From positions 434,001 to 498,000 of the forward strand of contig NIVC01000412.1 in NCBI GenBank assembly GCA_002269645.1: a stretch of 64,000 nt of DNA, in the 5' to 3' direction. Under the pieces are notes generated by a model. That model was not told the origin of the DNA, did no database searches, and saw nothing but the letters and a program-made list of their open reading frames with translations. The translations under genes were made by a program, and so were the position numbers. The DNA is from Macrostomum lignano. Its lineage: Eukaryota. The stretch's first letter is position 1, and the number at the start of each line of letters is the position of its first letter. Shown one piece after another: positions 11,830 through 28,826 of this stretch.

Positions 11830-12248
11830 ATGCGATAAAAAACGAAATGCTACAAAAAGTTCACATCATTTTTCTGTGCGTCATTGGCTGTTTGTGCCTA
11901 ACTGTTTGTCTGTCCGTCTCTCTGTCTTAGTGTGTCTGTCTGTCTGATCATTAGGTTGGAGCAAATGGATTTCGTGCTTCAAGGTTTATTTTTGTGATCT
12001 TGACAATATTTATGACCTATATTTATTTATACCTAATTTATATTTATATTTATACCTAATATGCGATAAAAAACGAAATGCTACAAAAAGTTCACATCAT
12101 TTTTCTGTGCGTCATTGGCTGTTTGTGCCTAACTGTTTGTCTGTCCGTCTCTCTGTCTTAGTGTGTCTGTCTGTCTGATCATTAGGTTGGAGCAAATGGA
12201 TTTCGTGCTTCAAGGTTTATTTTTGTGATCTTGACAATATTTATGACC
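11830..12248. repeat. 188-bp direct repeat pair (11830-12017 and 12061-12248)
   Basis: Apparently identical copies with a 231-bp offset and a 43-bp AT-rich spacer. Confidence 0.9.
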
Positions 12249-13349
12249 CATAAATGACACATGTTTCAACATGCATTTCTGAGTTTCGGTACGCGTGATG
12301 CTACTGATCTGTTGGACAACAAGTTGATCGATTTCTTGGAATGTCTGCGGTCAGAGACCTACATGTAATACAGTAATCCGCGAGGATTATCATCACTCGC
12401 GCCACGGCCCCTGGTTCACGATTAAACATGAGGGCCAACCCCCCCCCCCCCCCAAAGGCACTGTGTGCACAATGCCTGAAGATTAGAAAGCTAGTCAGGA
12501 CCGCTGTACACCCACATGTGAACGTGTGCACGACAAGGACCACTAGTAGATAGAGGACGTTACTTTGCAAATAGTATCAGTAACTGGGACTGGTTAATCC
12601 GAGTGTAGGATGTCTACCTGGGCTGTTTAATTGACCATAAATGACATTAATAAGCAGAATAAGCTGAATAATTATCATGCACAATAATCAAGCTAATCAT
12701 ATCACCTGATGTGCCGAGTTAGTTGCAATGTATTTTATTTTTAATTTTAAGTAAGAATGATGCAATTTAGTGGGCAGATAAGCAGATTTTTATAGGCACT
12801 TTAGGATTTATTAGGCAATTACTTCGTATAGATTATTATCATTACAAATAAATTTCAATCAAAGCAGTTAAAAGCAACAGACTAATCCACTGTCGCTAAG
12901 CCAGGGTCGGCAAAATTCGGCCATCCGGTCCTTCGATACTGCACAATAGCAATGCGGCCAGCACGAGGCTTGGGTCTCTTCTCCGTTTTCTTTCCTCTCT
13001 TCTTATCCCTAAACTTGACTAAACTTCTTGATGTGAATTTGATTGTGACTTTCTTGCTGGCAGTAAACTAGGTGAAAGCTCAGTTTCCTCGTTGATATTC
13101 CATGGAGCAATCATTTTCTCTTTTCGAAAAATACCCGTAGCTTAAAAATGTCGGATTGGAAAAGTCATTGCCGATCAAACTGAACCGGATTTTAAGAGTC
13201 GATTTTCCAAATGTACAAAATATAATTGGCCATTTCTCTATGCTTAAACCACAGATACGGGAATATCTGGATTAGATGTTCACCCGCATTAAAGTTGTGA
13301 AAAAGTAGAGCTTCTACTCCTTCAGTAGTTTCTCTGCGCTGCGTCACTT

Positions 13350-13710
13350 GCTCAGCCAATGAGAGAGCAGTAAGGAGAGTGGTCAAAGTCAGACGGACGA
13401 AACTCAGCCTAAGGGGGGCAGGCCCAATCTAGCTCAACCAATGAGAGAGCAGTAAGGAGGCAGGTCAGTCAGACGGACGAAACTCAGCCTAAAGGGGGCA
13501 GGCCCAATCTAGCTCAACCAATGAGAGAGCAGTAAGGAGGCAGGTCAGTCAGACGGACGAAACTCAGCCTAAAGGGGGCAGGCCCAATCTAGCTCAACCA
13601 ATGAGAGAGCAGTAAGGAGGCAGGTCAGTCAGACGGACGAAACTCAGCCTAAGGGGGGCAGGCCCAATCTAGCTCAGCCAATGAGAGAGCAGTAAGGAGA
13701 GAGATCAAAG
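13350..13710. repeat. 80-bp tandem repeat, about 4.5 copies
   Basis: atgagagagc recurs at 13441, 13521, 13601 and 13681. Each unit has two CCAAT motifs. Confidence 0.95.
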
Positions 13711-14422
13711 TGTCTGACTTCGACACAAAGTGTTCACTTTGACCTCACCTTAAGCGGGAAGGAGGAAAAGCAAACTGTTTATCGGCCTGGCCTTTTCTCT
13801 CTTGCTCGCTGCGCAGACGCACTGGATTAGGGTTTTTATAGTATTACTCGTAAAAAAGGCAAAAAGTGCTAATTTTGATACTCATAAAAGAGTAGATGAG
13901 CGTAGTTATGTAATTGACATACCAAGTTTTTCTAGTACCCGTAGCTGTGGCTTAAACTAGAGAATCGACTCAAACTGAAAGCCTTAATTTTAACGATTTG
14001 TAAGCAGAATTTATTGAAAATTTATTACCAAAAATTTTAAAAGAAAAACAACAAACAACAAGATTTATAGTAGAGTCAACGTTATAGCTAAATTTATCTT
14101 ACAATCAACTCAACTAACGCAATAAATACAATAAAAATAATCTCGAGGCAGTATAACATATAGAAACCTAATTTTTTATTATTTAATGCTAACAATTACA
14201 AACCGTAGAAGCTTTAATAAATTTCCTTACATGGTCTGACGAATAGACAGTCAGGCCGCTGAACGCTCTGTGTGAGCGCAAGTGGCGCACTTGGGTGTGG
14301 TCAGGAGTCAGCGCAATATTGACAACGAGAGACACACGCCTTACATAAGCTTCTAAAGTTTATTTACTGTAAAATTTTCAGTCGAAGAAGCTATCAATAT
14401 TTTCCTCATCAAGCAAATCTCT

Positions 14423-19839
<5,417 letters not shown>

Positions 19840-19979
19840 GATAATTGTTGGCTGAATGGCATGAAGCAGACATTAAAAAGCAATTTGTTGCAGACGAATT
19901 ATTGTGGCAATAATTCATATTTCGTGTTTGATTCCATTTATACATAAGCTTAAAGATCTGACATAAAGCATTATCGCAC

Positions 19980-20440
19980 ATCTTGTGTCACTCTGCCATC
20001 AGTCAGCAGAGCATATCGTGTGTCACACTGGCATGAGTCAGCAGAGCATATCGTGTGTCACACTGGCATGAGTCAGCAGAGCATATCGTGTGTCACTCAG
20101 ATATGATTCAGTAGAGCATATCATGTGTCACTCAAGCATGAGTCAGTAGAGCATATCATGTGTCACTCAAGCATGAGTCAGTAGAGCATATCGTGTGTCA
20201 CACTGGCATGAGTCAGTAGAGCATATCGTGTGTCACACTGGCATGAGTCAGTAGAGCATATCGTGTGTCACTCTGGCATCAGTCAGTAGTGATGTCGTGT
20301 GTCACACTGGCATGAGCCAGCAGAGCATATCGTGTGTCACACTGGCATGAGTCAGCAGAGCATATCGTGTGTCACTCTGGGGGCATGAGTCAGCAGAGCA
20401 TATTGTGTGTCACACTGGCATGAGTCAGCAGAGCATATCG
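19980..20440. repeat. 35-bp minisatellite just upstream of the CPT2 start
   Basis: Unit gagtcagcagagcatatcgtgtgtcacactggcat, about 13 copies. Confidence 0.95.
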
Positions 20441-21499
20441 CTATAAATATCACTCATATATTCGGCTACACATCATGTTACACTTCAGTAACAAGTGAGA
20501 CGGGCAGGGGAGGCCAAGGCGCCACATAATCCAAAGAGGCCCTGTGCTTCAGAAAGTTCGTCTGACTTTCAATGACAGGTGGCAGAGCTCGGCCCAATTA
20601 CAAACCAGAAACGGAAATTAGCCCGAAAACAAGCCTAATTAATTAAAAAATCAACCAAATAAAAGCAGAACCTTCTGAAGAATGTGGACTGCAAGTGAAA
20701 TTATAACTGAGGCAATTTAGGCACAGGGCCATGGCCCTTGCTCTCACGGCTAGTTGGCTAGGTTTTCTTCTAACCTTTCTGTCAGCAATCTGTCAGGAAA
20801 AAGAGGAGGCAGAGCCATTTTTGACTTGCTCAGCTGTCTGCTGGATTGGATCTGAAGAAGGTATGTCTGTGGAGCCTTTTACGAGCTATTAGTGATCAGA
20901 GGGAAGAGGGAGAAAGGAGAGGTGAGAGAAGAGACAAGAGAATATAAGAGACTTGATAAGGGAGAGGAGATTGAGAGGAGTGAGAGTAGAGGGAGGGGAG
21001 AGAGTATTGAAAGGAGTGAGAGAGAGAGAAGATGGAGAGAGTAATTACCAACAATAGTCAATTTCTTTCAACAACAAATTTTGCACCCATAATGAACATA
21101 AAATGATAGACAGTTGAAGCAAAAAACAAAAAACACTTTTTACATAGATACAATGTTATTCTAGTTATATATATAACTGATATAGCATTATAATTTAGCT
21201 ATAGTAATAATAACTTAAAATGGGCCAGAATGACAATTTAGAGCTGACATATACATGCTAGCATGTGTAAAAGATTATGTTCAGAAGTTAGCAGAATAAC
21301 AATGGATTATTCCAGTGGAAGAACTTGAAGAAGATATGCTAAGTAATATTACAATAACAACATTTTAAAACTTTTTGGTGTGGATTGAATTTTTTTTATC
21401 AGCCACAGCAGACTTGTCTATGTCTATGACTTAATTTGAGCTGCACTTTACATTAAAAAATATTTAAATGTAAAGAGACAAAGCTGGCAAGAAAGCCAA

Positions 21500-22500
21500 A
21501 AAAATACAAAGTAACTGTGGGAGCAAAGACTCTAAAAAAACTGGCAACCTTTGTTTTGGCTGAATGGTACACATTCCAACAGTGCACATGCACGTCTGCA
21601 GAGTCAGTGCAGGCATTTGCTGAACGGCTTCTATGGGTAGTGGAGAAATGCAAATTTGATAACAAAGATAAGTGCCTGTGGGACAAACTCATCTGCAGTC
21701 TGATGGATCAACAGATTGTAGGCAAGCTTTTGGTCAAGGACCATCATAGCTTGACCTTCAAGGATGCAGTTGCCGAGGCTGAGGCTTATTCCACCTTAAT
21801 AGCCATGGAGATCATGAAGAGTGCACCAAAAGGAGAGAGTATGGCTGTCATGAAGATCAGTGTGCTCAAGTCAAAAGGACAATTGTTGAAAGGACAAAGT
21901 TGCAGCAAGTTCAAAGGTAGCACTAGCACCACCTCATGCATGGAAAAATGCAGGGCCCAGCAACTAGGAAGCCTTGTTGCAAGTGCGGTAAGCTAAACCA
22001 TTTTCAGTTGCGCAACCAGAATTTTTCTGAAGGGGGGCAGATTTTAGAGGGTAAAATCCTAGGAGGGGGGGCAGAGGGATGGCTCTGTTTATGGCGAAAA
22101 TTTGCTTGGTTCCCCCTTTGATTTTTTGGGTCTTTGCATAAGGGGGGGGGGGCAATCACCCCCTGGTTGTGCCTCTGACCATTTTTAAAAGGTGTGCCGG
22201 ACAAAGACAGACACTGCAGGCCACATTGACTCAGTACAGTTTTGTGTTTAGCAAGTCCCTAGCAATGAATGGAGACCTGTTCACTCAGGTGAACAGGTCT
22301 CCATGATTGAAGCAATTGTAGGCCCAACTTAGGATGCCATCTGTGTCACCCTATAGTTTGTGCACAAGGATAAGAAAATCCCAATTCAGTGTCAACTAGA
22401 CATGGGGGTCGCGGTGTCTGTGATCTTGGACATAGTCTGGACTAGGCAGGACATAGGCAGGCCACTCATGTGTGTCCACGCAACCAAGTGGGCTATTGTC
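21500..22500 (+). pseudogene. Decayed Ty3/Gypsy gag-protease relic
   Basis: Gag-like ESVQAFAERL...CKF...LWDKLICSL...LLVKD...LTFKDAV. Zinc knuckle CCKCGKLNHF*KVC once the inserted MITE is removed. Protease-like LDMGVAVSVI near 22395-22425. No LTRs or RT found. Confidence 0.7.
22005..22177. mobile_element. hAT-type MITE (173 bp) inserted in the gag zinc knuckle
   Basis: 15-bp imperfect TIRs cagttgcgcaaccag and ctggttgtgcctctg. 8-bp TSD accatttt at 21997-22004 and 22178-22185. Confidence 0.85.
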
Positions 22501-23906
22501 TCATTAACTCTTAATTTTGTTAAGCTAACTAAAAGTTAATTGATAGCTTAATCATTAATAGGAATCAATGTTAAAATAAACACAAAAAATAGAAATCTTG
22601 CACTTTTTTCCAAAAAAAGACTTTATAAATGCACTCTGCTTTTCCATCTTTTTAGTAAAACACAGAGGTCATCTAAGCATTTACAAGCTAAAAAGTATTA
22701 AATAATAATTTAAAAAACTTGTATGTATAATAGGGCCTATTACTAAAAGCAAGCATATGGTAAGAGAAGTAACTTATAATAGCAACACAGCTAAGTGTTA
22801 CAAGGATTAGGAAAGAAGTAAATCAAAGTGATCAATGCCTACATGTAAGCAATAAAGATTCACAATTTTAATTCATTATTAAAGTTTATTAGTAAGAAGT
22901 TTTTACATTTGCATGATCATCATCATAAACAAATAGATTAGGCCTAATAATTAGGCATTTAGGTAAATTCAAATACATTTGTAATGTTGTAAATAACTTC
23001 TCTTTAGACTTATATTTTGTTCTTTCTTTGCATCTTTGGTCATTTATATTGCCATTAATGTTAACAATAAATTTGTTGCCAACTCAAAATTATTAAAGCA
23101 AATTTATTAATCCATTAGTTCATATGATCCTTTCAATCCCATTTTATTATTGATGTTTTTTAATTAAAAACCAACAATCCTTCAATCCAATCCAATTTTA
23201 TTATTGATATGATAACTGATTGTAATTAAAAACTAACTTTTAGTTTTTAGACTCACCTAGGCCCAGATATAATTTCACCATTTAAATGATAGTATCAAAA
23301 AAGTGAATATAAGCTACATTTCAACAACACAAGACTTGATTCTATGATACTACGCTTAAAGTGATCCAATTTTGAAGTTTGATTTTAAGCGGGCCTAATT
23401 TTAACTTAAAAATTTTGCCATCTTCTAAGGGGGATATCATATATCGAAAGTCCCAAATCCTATAGGGATAGTGCTGTGATTGTAAAATGAAAGAATGCCT
23501 TCATTCCTATAGCTAAGACTTAGGCCTATATGCCCTACAAGTTACAAGTATCTATGGGGTATAGGCCTATTTCATGGCATAAAATAGAAAAATATATTTG
23601 AATTTGAATTACAGTCAATGAGTCAATTAGGCCCTACAGTAAGGAATTAGGAGATAGAAATAGCAGAATTGTTTTTTAACAACTCTTACAGACAAAAAGT
23701 CATACAGACACAGACAGACAGATCTTAGAGATTTAGTAGATGGTGATTGCGATTATATGAACCTACCCAGCTGTACCCTAAAGAAATAAATTTCAACTTT
23801 TTAGTAGTAGTAGTAAGTTGGCTCAGGCAAGAAGCCTGTTTGGCCAATATTTTTAGTGTATTTTAAGATTAGGCCCCCTACTTTGGGAACAGACTTGGCA
23901 ATATCT

Positions 23907-25170
23907 GGCAATTTTCCTTTTCCATTTGTTAAATTTTTTTTTCAATGGAAACATATTGGGAACATTGTGAAACACTCAAAAATGATGTAACTTTTCAGCC
24001 TGATCATCGTATCTTGAACAACATGGCTGGACGCCCTGCTGCACCAACATTTATTGTGCCCCCTGCTCAAGTGCGACCAGCAATGGAGTCGACAAATGTC
24101 AATTTTATCATGCAAGAGCTAGGGGCCATCATGGCCACACCCCGAGATGTTGTCAACTGAATGGAGTCATACCACCTACTGGCCAACACACGTTCTTGTG
24201 TAGCCTGTCCTGGAGCACCGGCAATGCGGCTGCAATGGCGTGCAGGTGACCGCTACATTGATGGGCTTGTGTGGGCGTATGTTGGTTGTCATGCTCAAGT
24301 GTCAATCAGGAAGGGATCATTTTTTGAGGGCAGCCACCTGACACTGACGCAACTGCTGGACCTAATCTGGTGGTGGGCAACCGATGCGAAGCAAGGTGAG
24401 TGCCAACGCCAGAGCAACATTGGCCACAATGCAATTGTTGATTGGCAGAACTTCATTCATGATAACTGCACCCAATTCCTCATGGACTATCCCATTGAGC
24501 TTGGTGGCCCCAGTCGCAAAGTGGAGATAGACGAATCATACTTTTTCCACCGCAAGTTCCACCAAGGAGCTCACCATGATGGTCAGTGGGTGCTTGGCAT
24601 GATAGAGCGTGGGGCCAGGAAGTATGTACTTATGCCAATTGCACAACGCAATGCTGCCATTGCCACCCTCCTGCCGCTCATCCAATGCCACGTCCTTCCT
24701 GGAGCTCGCGTCATAATGGACAGATGGCAAGCTTATGCCCAGCTTCAGGCTGCAGGTGTGAACCACCAAGTCATGAACCACCATCTGGTGTTTGTTAATC
24801 CTCAGGACCTAATGGTATACACAAACCTCATTGAAAGGACATGGGCACACTGCAAGAGCAAGGCCAAATTTTGTGCTATCCATGGTACTAGTAAGGCTCT
24901 GTTTGAGTCCTACCTAGAAGAATTCATGTGGCGCAAAATGCATCCCACCAACACCTTCAGCAACATGCTCTACTGGATTGCCCACTATTACGTTGTGTAA
25001 ATACTACTGCAGAGACCAGAGACAGAGTGCTGAGTGCTGAGTGAACACTAATCAAGACTATACTTGTTCTGTTCTGTTCTGTTCAGTTACATCATTTTTG
25101 AGTGTTTCACAATGTTCCCAATACGTTTCCATTGAAAAAATAATTTAACGAACGGAAAAGGAAAATTGCC
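23907..25170 (+). mobile_element. Merlin (IS1016/ISXO2-like) DNA transposon, 1264 bp
   Basis: 86-bp TIRs starting GG (23907-23992 and 25085-25170). 8-bp TSD caatatct/caatattt (7 of 8 match). Encodes a DDE transposase. Confidence 0.85.
24026..25000 (+). pseudogene. IS1595/ISXO2-like transposase interrupted by an in-frame TGA at 24158-24160
   Basis: Motifs VSIRKGSFFEGS, VEIDESYF, WVLGMIER, VIMDRWQAY, VMNH, TNLIERTW and YLEEFMWR. ORFs 23945..24160 and 24161..25000 share one frame. Confidence 0.75.
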
Positions 25171-26412
25171 CAATATTTTTGCATTAGTTATTTAACTATG
25201 ATTACAAAGTACAAGTTTTGCAATATGGTAGCTCATATTTGAATTAAAATAACGCGTAAATTTTGTTGATGAAACTTTGGATGACTAACGAGGTGAAAGA
25301 AAAAGCAGGGAGTTAAAAGGTATTGCGTGAAATTTATGTATGTAGTTGGTTAAGTTGGCGATATTGCGCAAAACAGTTTAGCCCATAGCCTCCATAGGTT
25401 ATAAAAATAAGTTATATAGATATTAATCAGGTGATAACAAAATTGTATAAAATATAATATTTGAAAGAGCGTATAGGATTTTTTGCGGTTTTTACGAAAA
25501 AAATATCGAGTAAAAGGATTGCTCATAATTTGGCGATTTGGCGATAATTGTATATGTGTAAATATACTGTTTGGAGGCCTAAAAAAGGACAAAAAATCAG
25601 CAACTTTTGACATCTAACGACTTATGGTCTAATGCTCATTAAATAGAATTTTTTTCTATAGAAATAGAGACTTTTCTGCAGAAATGCGCCAAGAAGTCCC
25701 GTACCAAGGATGGGAATAAAAACTTCGTAGAAAAGCTCCATTTTTTAAAATCTGCTTAAGTGACTAGATTTAACAAAAAATATAAAAACAATTTACGACT
25801 GATTTTTCAAGCTATTATTTGTGAAGTTTTAAATATAGCGCGTTGCATTATTGTTTTGTTCGAAAAAAAATTTGTACAAATTATATTTTTTAGGATGGAC
25901 ACGGGTGCCTTCAGAACCGTCCCATGTTGTGATGTCACGTCAAGCGTACGTGACTGAACGCACCCTATAATTTGTCGTCATTTTAGTGTATGGGTTTAGT
26001 ATATTAGATTTAGGATATAGGAATAGATTTCATTTATTCCTAGGCCTTAGGGCCTACCTAGTCATGTTAGTTTCGGAATTAGGACTATTACGTCATTACG
26101 ATAGGCCTAGGAAATAGTGTATTTGGCTTGGCTAATCGTTTTTTAAAGCCAAAATCTTTCTACAAAGGGAGCAAAGCTAACTAAGCTTTTAAGCTTACTG
26201 CTTAGTAGACCTAGTCCTAAGCAAGCTGTCCCTGTCTATCTACTAAGCTAGGCCTATGTATTCCCCATTTGCCCGCCAATGTAGTCTATGTCAGCAATGG
26301 CTAAAGTTCTAGCTCCAGCCTCCAGGTAAAAATAGAGGCCTAATCTTCACATTGTTGTTCTTGCTATTGGTCTTAATCAATCACCATAGGCCTAGTCCAT
26401 AGGGCCTAGGCC

Positions 26413-26983
26413 CAGGGGCGTAGCCAGGATTTTTTTTGGGGGGTATCGGTTAGCTGTTATCAGAAAGCAAGGGCTTGAGATCCACATATCCCCTTAATGT
26501 ATTTCTAGTGCATAATACATATAATTACTCTATTTGTTTGTTAATTGTTATTCTTTCGATTTGGATACCTTTCTCTTCCTTAATGGTCACAATTGCAACT
26601 GAAAAAAGGAAAAAAATGTTGCTTTGGAAACATACATGCGCAACAGTCGGCCGAGTCGGCCGATCCGGCCGACCGATTTGGCGGCCAATCAAGGAAGTCG
26701 CAAAAATGCCCACCCAAAAAATAACCTGAAGAGTAGTACTAAGTAGCTGACGAGGCATTTTAGCTTAATAAAACAGTCATAGTTACTCCTGCCGTTTACC
26801 CAAAGTTGCGTTAATTTTGCTTTCGGGTTTTTTATATGTAAGTCGCATTTTTGGCCAAAAACTACGTCGCATTTTTGTTAAAACTAAGTCGCACGGCTGA
26901 CCGAGTTTTGGAGGTTGCACATGTATGTTTGGAAATTTGGGGGTATCGGCCGATATACCGATACCCCCCTCGCTACGCCCCTG
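26413..26983. mobile_element. hAT-type non-autonomous element (571 bp including a nested insertion)
   Basis: Perfect 12-bp TIRs caggggcgtagc and gctacgcccctg. 8-bp TSD cctaggcc at 26405-26412 and 26984-26991. Confidence 0.9.
26631..26927. mobile_element. 297-bp MITE of the CATACATG family, nested in the hAT element
   Basis: TIRs catacatgcgcaac and gttgcacatgtatg. 8-bp TSD tttggaaa at 26623-26630 and 26928-26935. Confidence 0.9.
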
Positions 26984-28826
26984 CCTAGGCCCTACACTTG
27001 GGAGTAGCAGACAGTTGGCACAAATCAATAGTAAGCTCTATCTCAGCCTTAGTTAGTTAGTATTATAGCATAGAAAAGCTATATTTTAGCATACTAGGCC
27101 TAGGCCTATTTTCTTAGCACTAGGCCCTAAGGCTAAAATTGCTATTTATCAAATTTGTCACTTTTTACTAATAGCAAAATATGTGTATCAAAGAAGCAAT
27201 TTATTACTAAAAATTTTAGTAATATTTACTACATCTAAATTTAGTAATTTAGTAAAGCTAATTTTAGTTAAACAAATATTTGTTAGGCCTAGCAAAATAT
27301 CTATTAACAAAATTACTTATTAGTGAAACATTTTGCACCTAGGCTAGTATTTTTGGGCCAACCAACGAATCAAAAATGGAGATTTTTATTTTTTATCATG
27401 TCATTTGCAATTGCAATCAATCAGTCAGTGGCATAGGCTTATCCAAAATTATTTTAAGGAGAAAATGGGACAAGGGCCTAGATTTTGATTCTAGAAAGTA
27501 AAGACCAAAATAAGATTAGGCCTAGAGGATATAGACATAGTTTTGACTTGTATGTTCAGATAGGTCTAGTTCCTTTTTATAGTCTTTTTCTAGCCAAAGG
27601 AAAGAAATGACTAGGCCTATATAATAGCAACAATAAACAATGGTTATAGATATAGATAGAGATGGCCCAAAAAATTTTTTTGCTACTACCTAAAACCCAA
27701 AATTTTAAAGCCAACAATGCAATTAAGCATGCATGCAATTAAAATATAGTTTATATTTCAATCATATTCATTTGAAATATTCAAGAATATCATTATTCAT
27801 TAAGCATATTTAGAGCTTTAAGTTCAAATTAGCTTCAATGAACAATAGGAATAGCTAGCTGAGGTTTTAGCTAAAAGCCAATTCCTCTTCTTAGTCACAA
27901 TGACCAATGAGTCCCTCAACACTGAAAAGATGTTTAGAATCCATGCTGAAAGCCAACACAACAAGAATATACCTGGCAAGCATTTCAATTTTATTTGTTT
28001 TCAATCAATATAAAGCTTGCACAAGACTAGGCTCAGATTTTGGTGTTTGGGGGTTGCCAACTTGGGGGTTTGGAGTCAAATAATGAAAGGAGAGTGTGAT
28101 CAGTAGAGCCCACAAGTTTAGGTGGCAAGGCAAACCCATAAAATTCCATTATGAATTTATAAAGAGAGAAAAAAAGAGAAAGAGGGTTTAAAGTGGCAAA
28201 CATTGAAGGATTAGGGGAGAAAAGAGGAGGGGTTGGCTGAAGTGACAAACATACAAAGAAGAGGGAGGAATTAAATGGTGCAGATTTAGATTTGCCTCTT
28301 ATTTTCTATATTAAGTTTATAGGCTTATTATCAATTTATATAGATTAATTCACTAATTGTGACTATGTCTGGTATCCTATCCATGCCCTAGCAGTGCCTA
28401 GTCTAGACTATAGTGTTAAAGTGATGAATCTCACCTACCTTCCAAGTTGTTTTTTTCTTACCCTGTTTTGACTGAGTCACTATAGATTGCACATTTCATT
28501 CAAGCATTTATCTGACCCAATAATGAAATTAGGACAGACCCAAACCTTTTATAGAAAGTGTAGCATATATAGCAAATGGTTCTAATGAATCTTATATAAT
28601 ACAATGAGCTTAAAAATTTGGGTATTAATCTACCCAAAAGTGTAATACCCAAAATTGAAATTATACCCAAAAATTTGAAATGAAAATGCCCAAAATTTTG
28701 GGTACCCAAAATTCTAGCCAAATTTTCAGGCCCTCTCTAGATGTAAGTAGGTGGCTATTAGCCACTATGGCTAGCCATAGTTTTGGTAATTCAATAAGAC
28801 AGCCTAAACTAAAGACAAATTAGTTA

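Noticed and set aside
12902-12925. Solitary hAT-like end cagggtcggcaaa
   Set aside because: No matching opposite TIR or TSD found.
13350-13710. Hammerhead ribozyme or CRISPR interpretation of the 80-bp repeat (contains ggacgaaac)
   Set aside because: The required CUGANGA core is absent (caggtca precedes the putative stem II) and stem III is only 3 bp. The spacers are identical, so it is not CRISPR, and the DNA is eukaryotic.
20538-20730. 10-bp inverted repeat ggccctgtgc / gcacagggcc as a MITE
   Set aside because: Too short, with no TSD.
24158-24160. TGA read as Trp (alternative genetic code)
   Set aside because: Other genes in the window terminate at TGA (calumenin, TLK, the orphan) and use TGG for Trp.
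25903-25965. 63-bp mini inverted repeat gggtgccttcag / ctgaacgcaccc
   Set aside because: Possibly a Harbinger-like relic, but there is no symmetric TSD and too little sequence to support a call.
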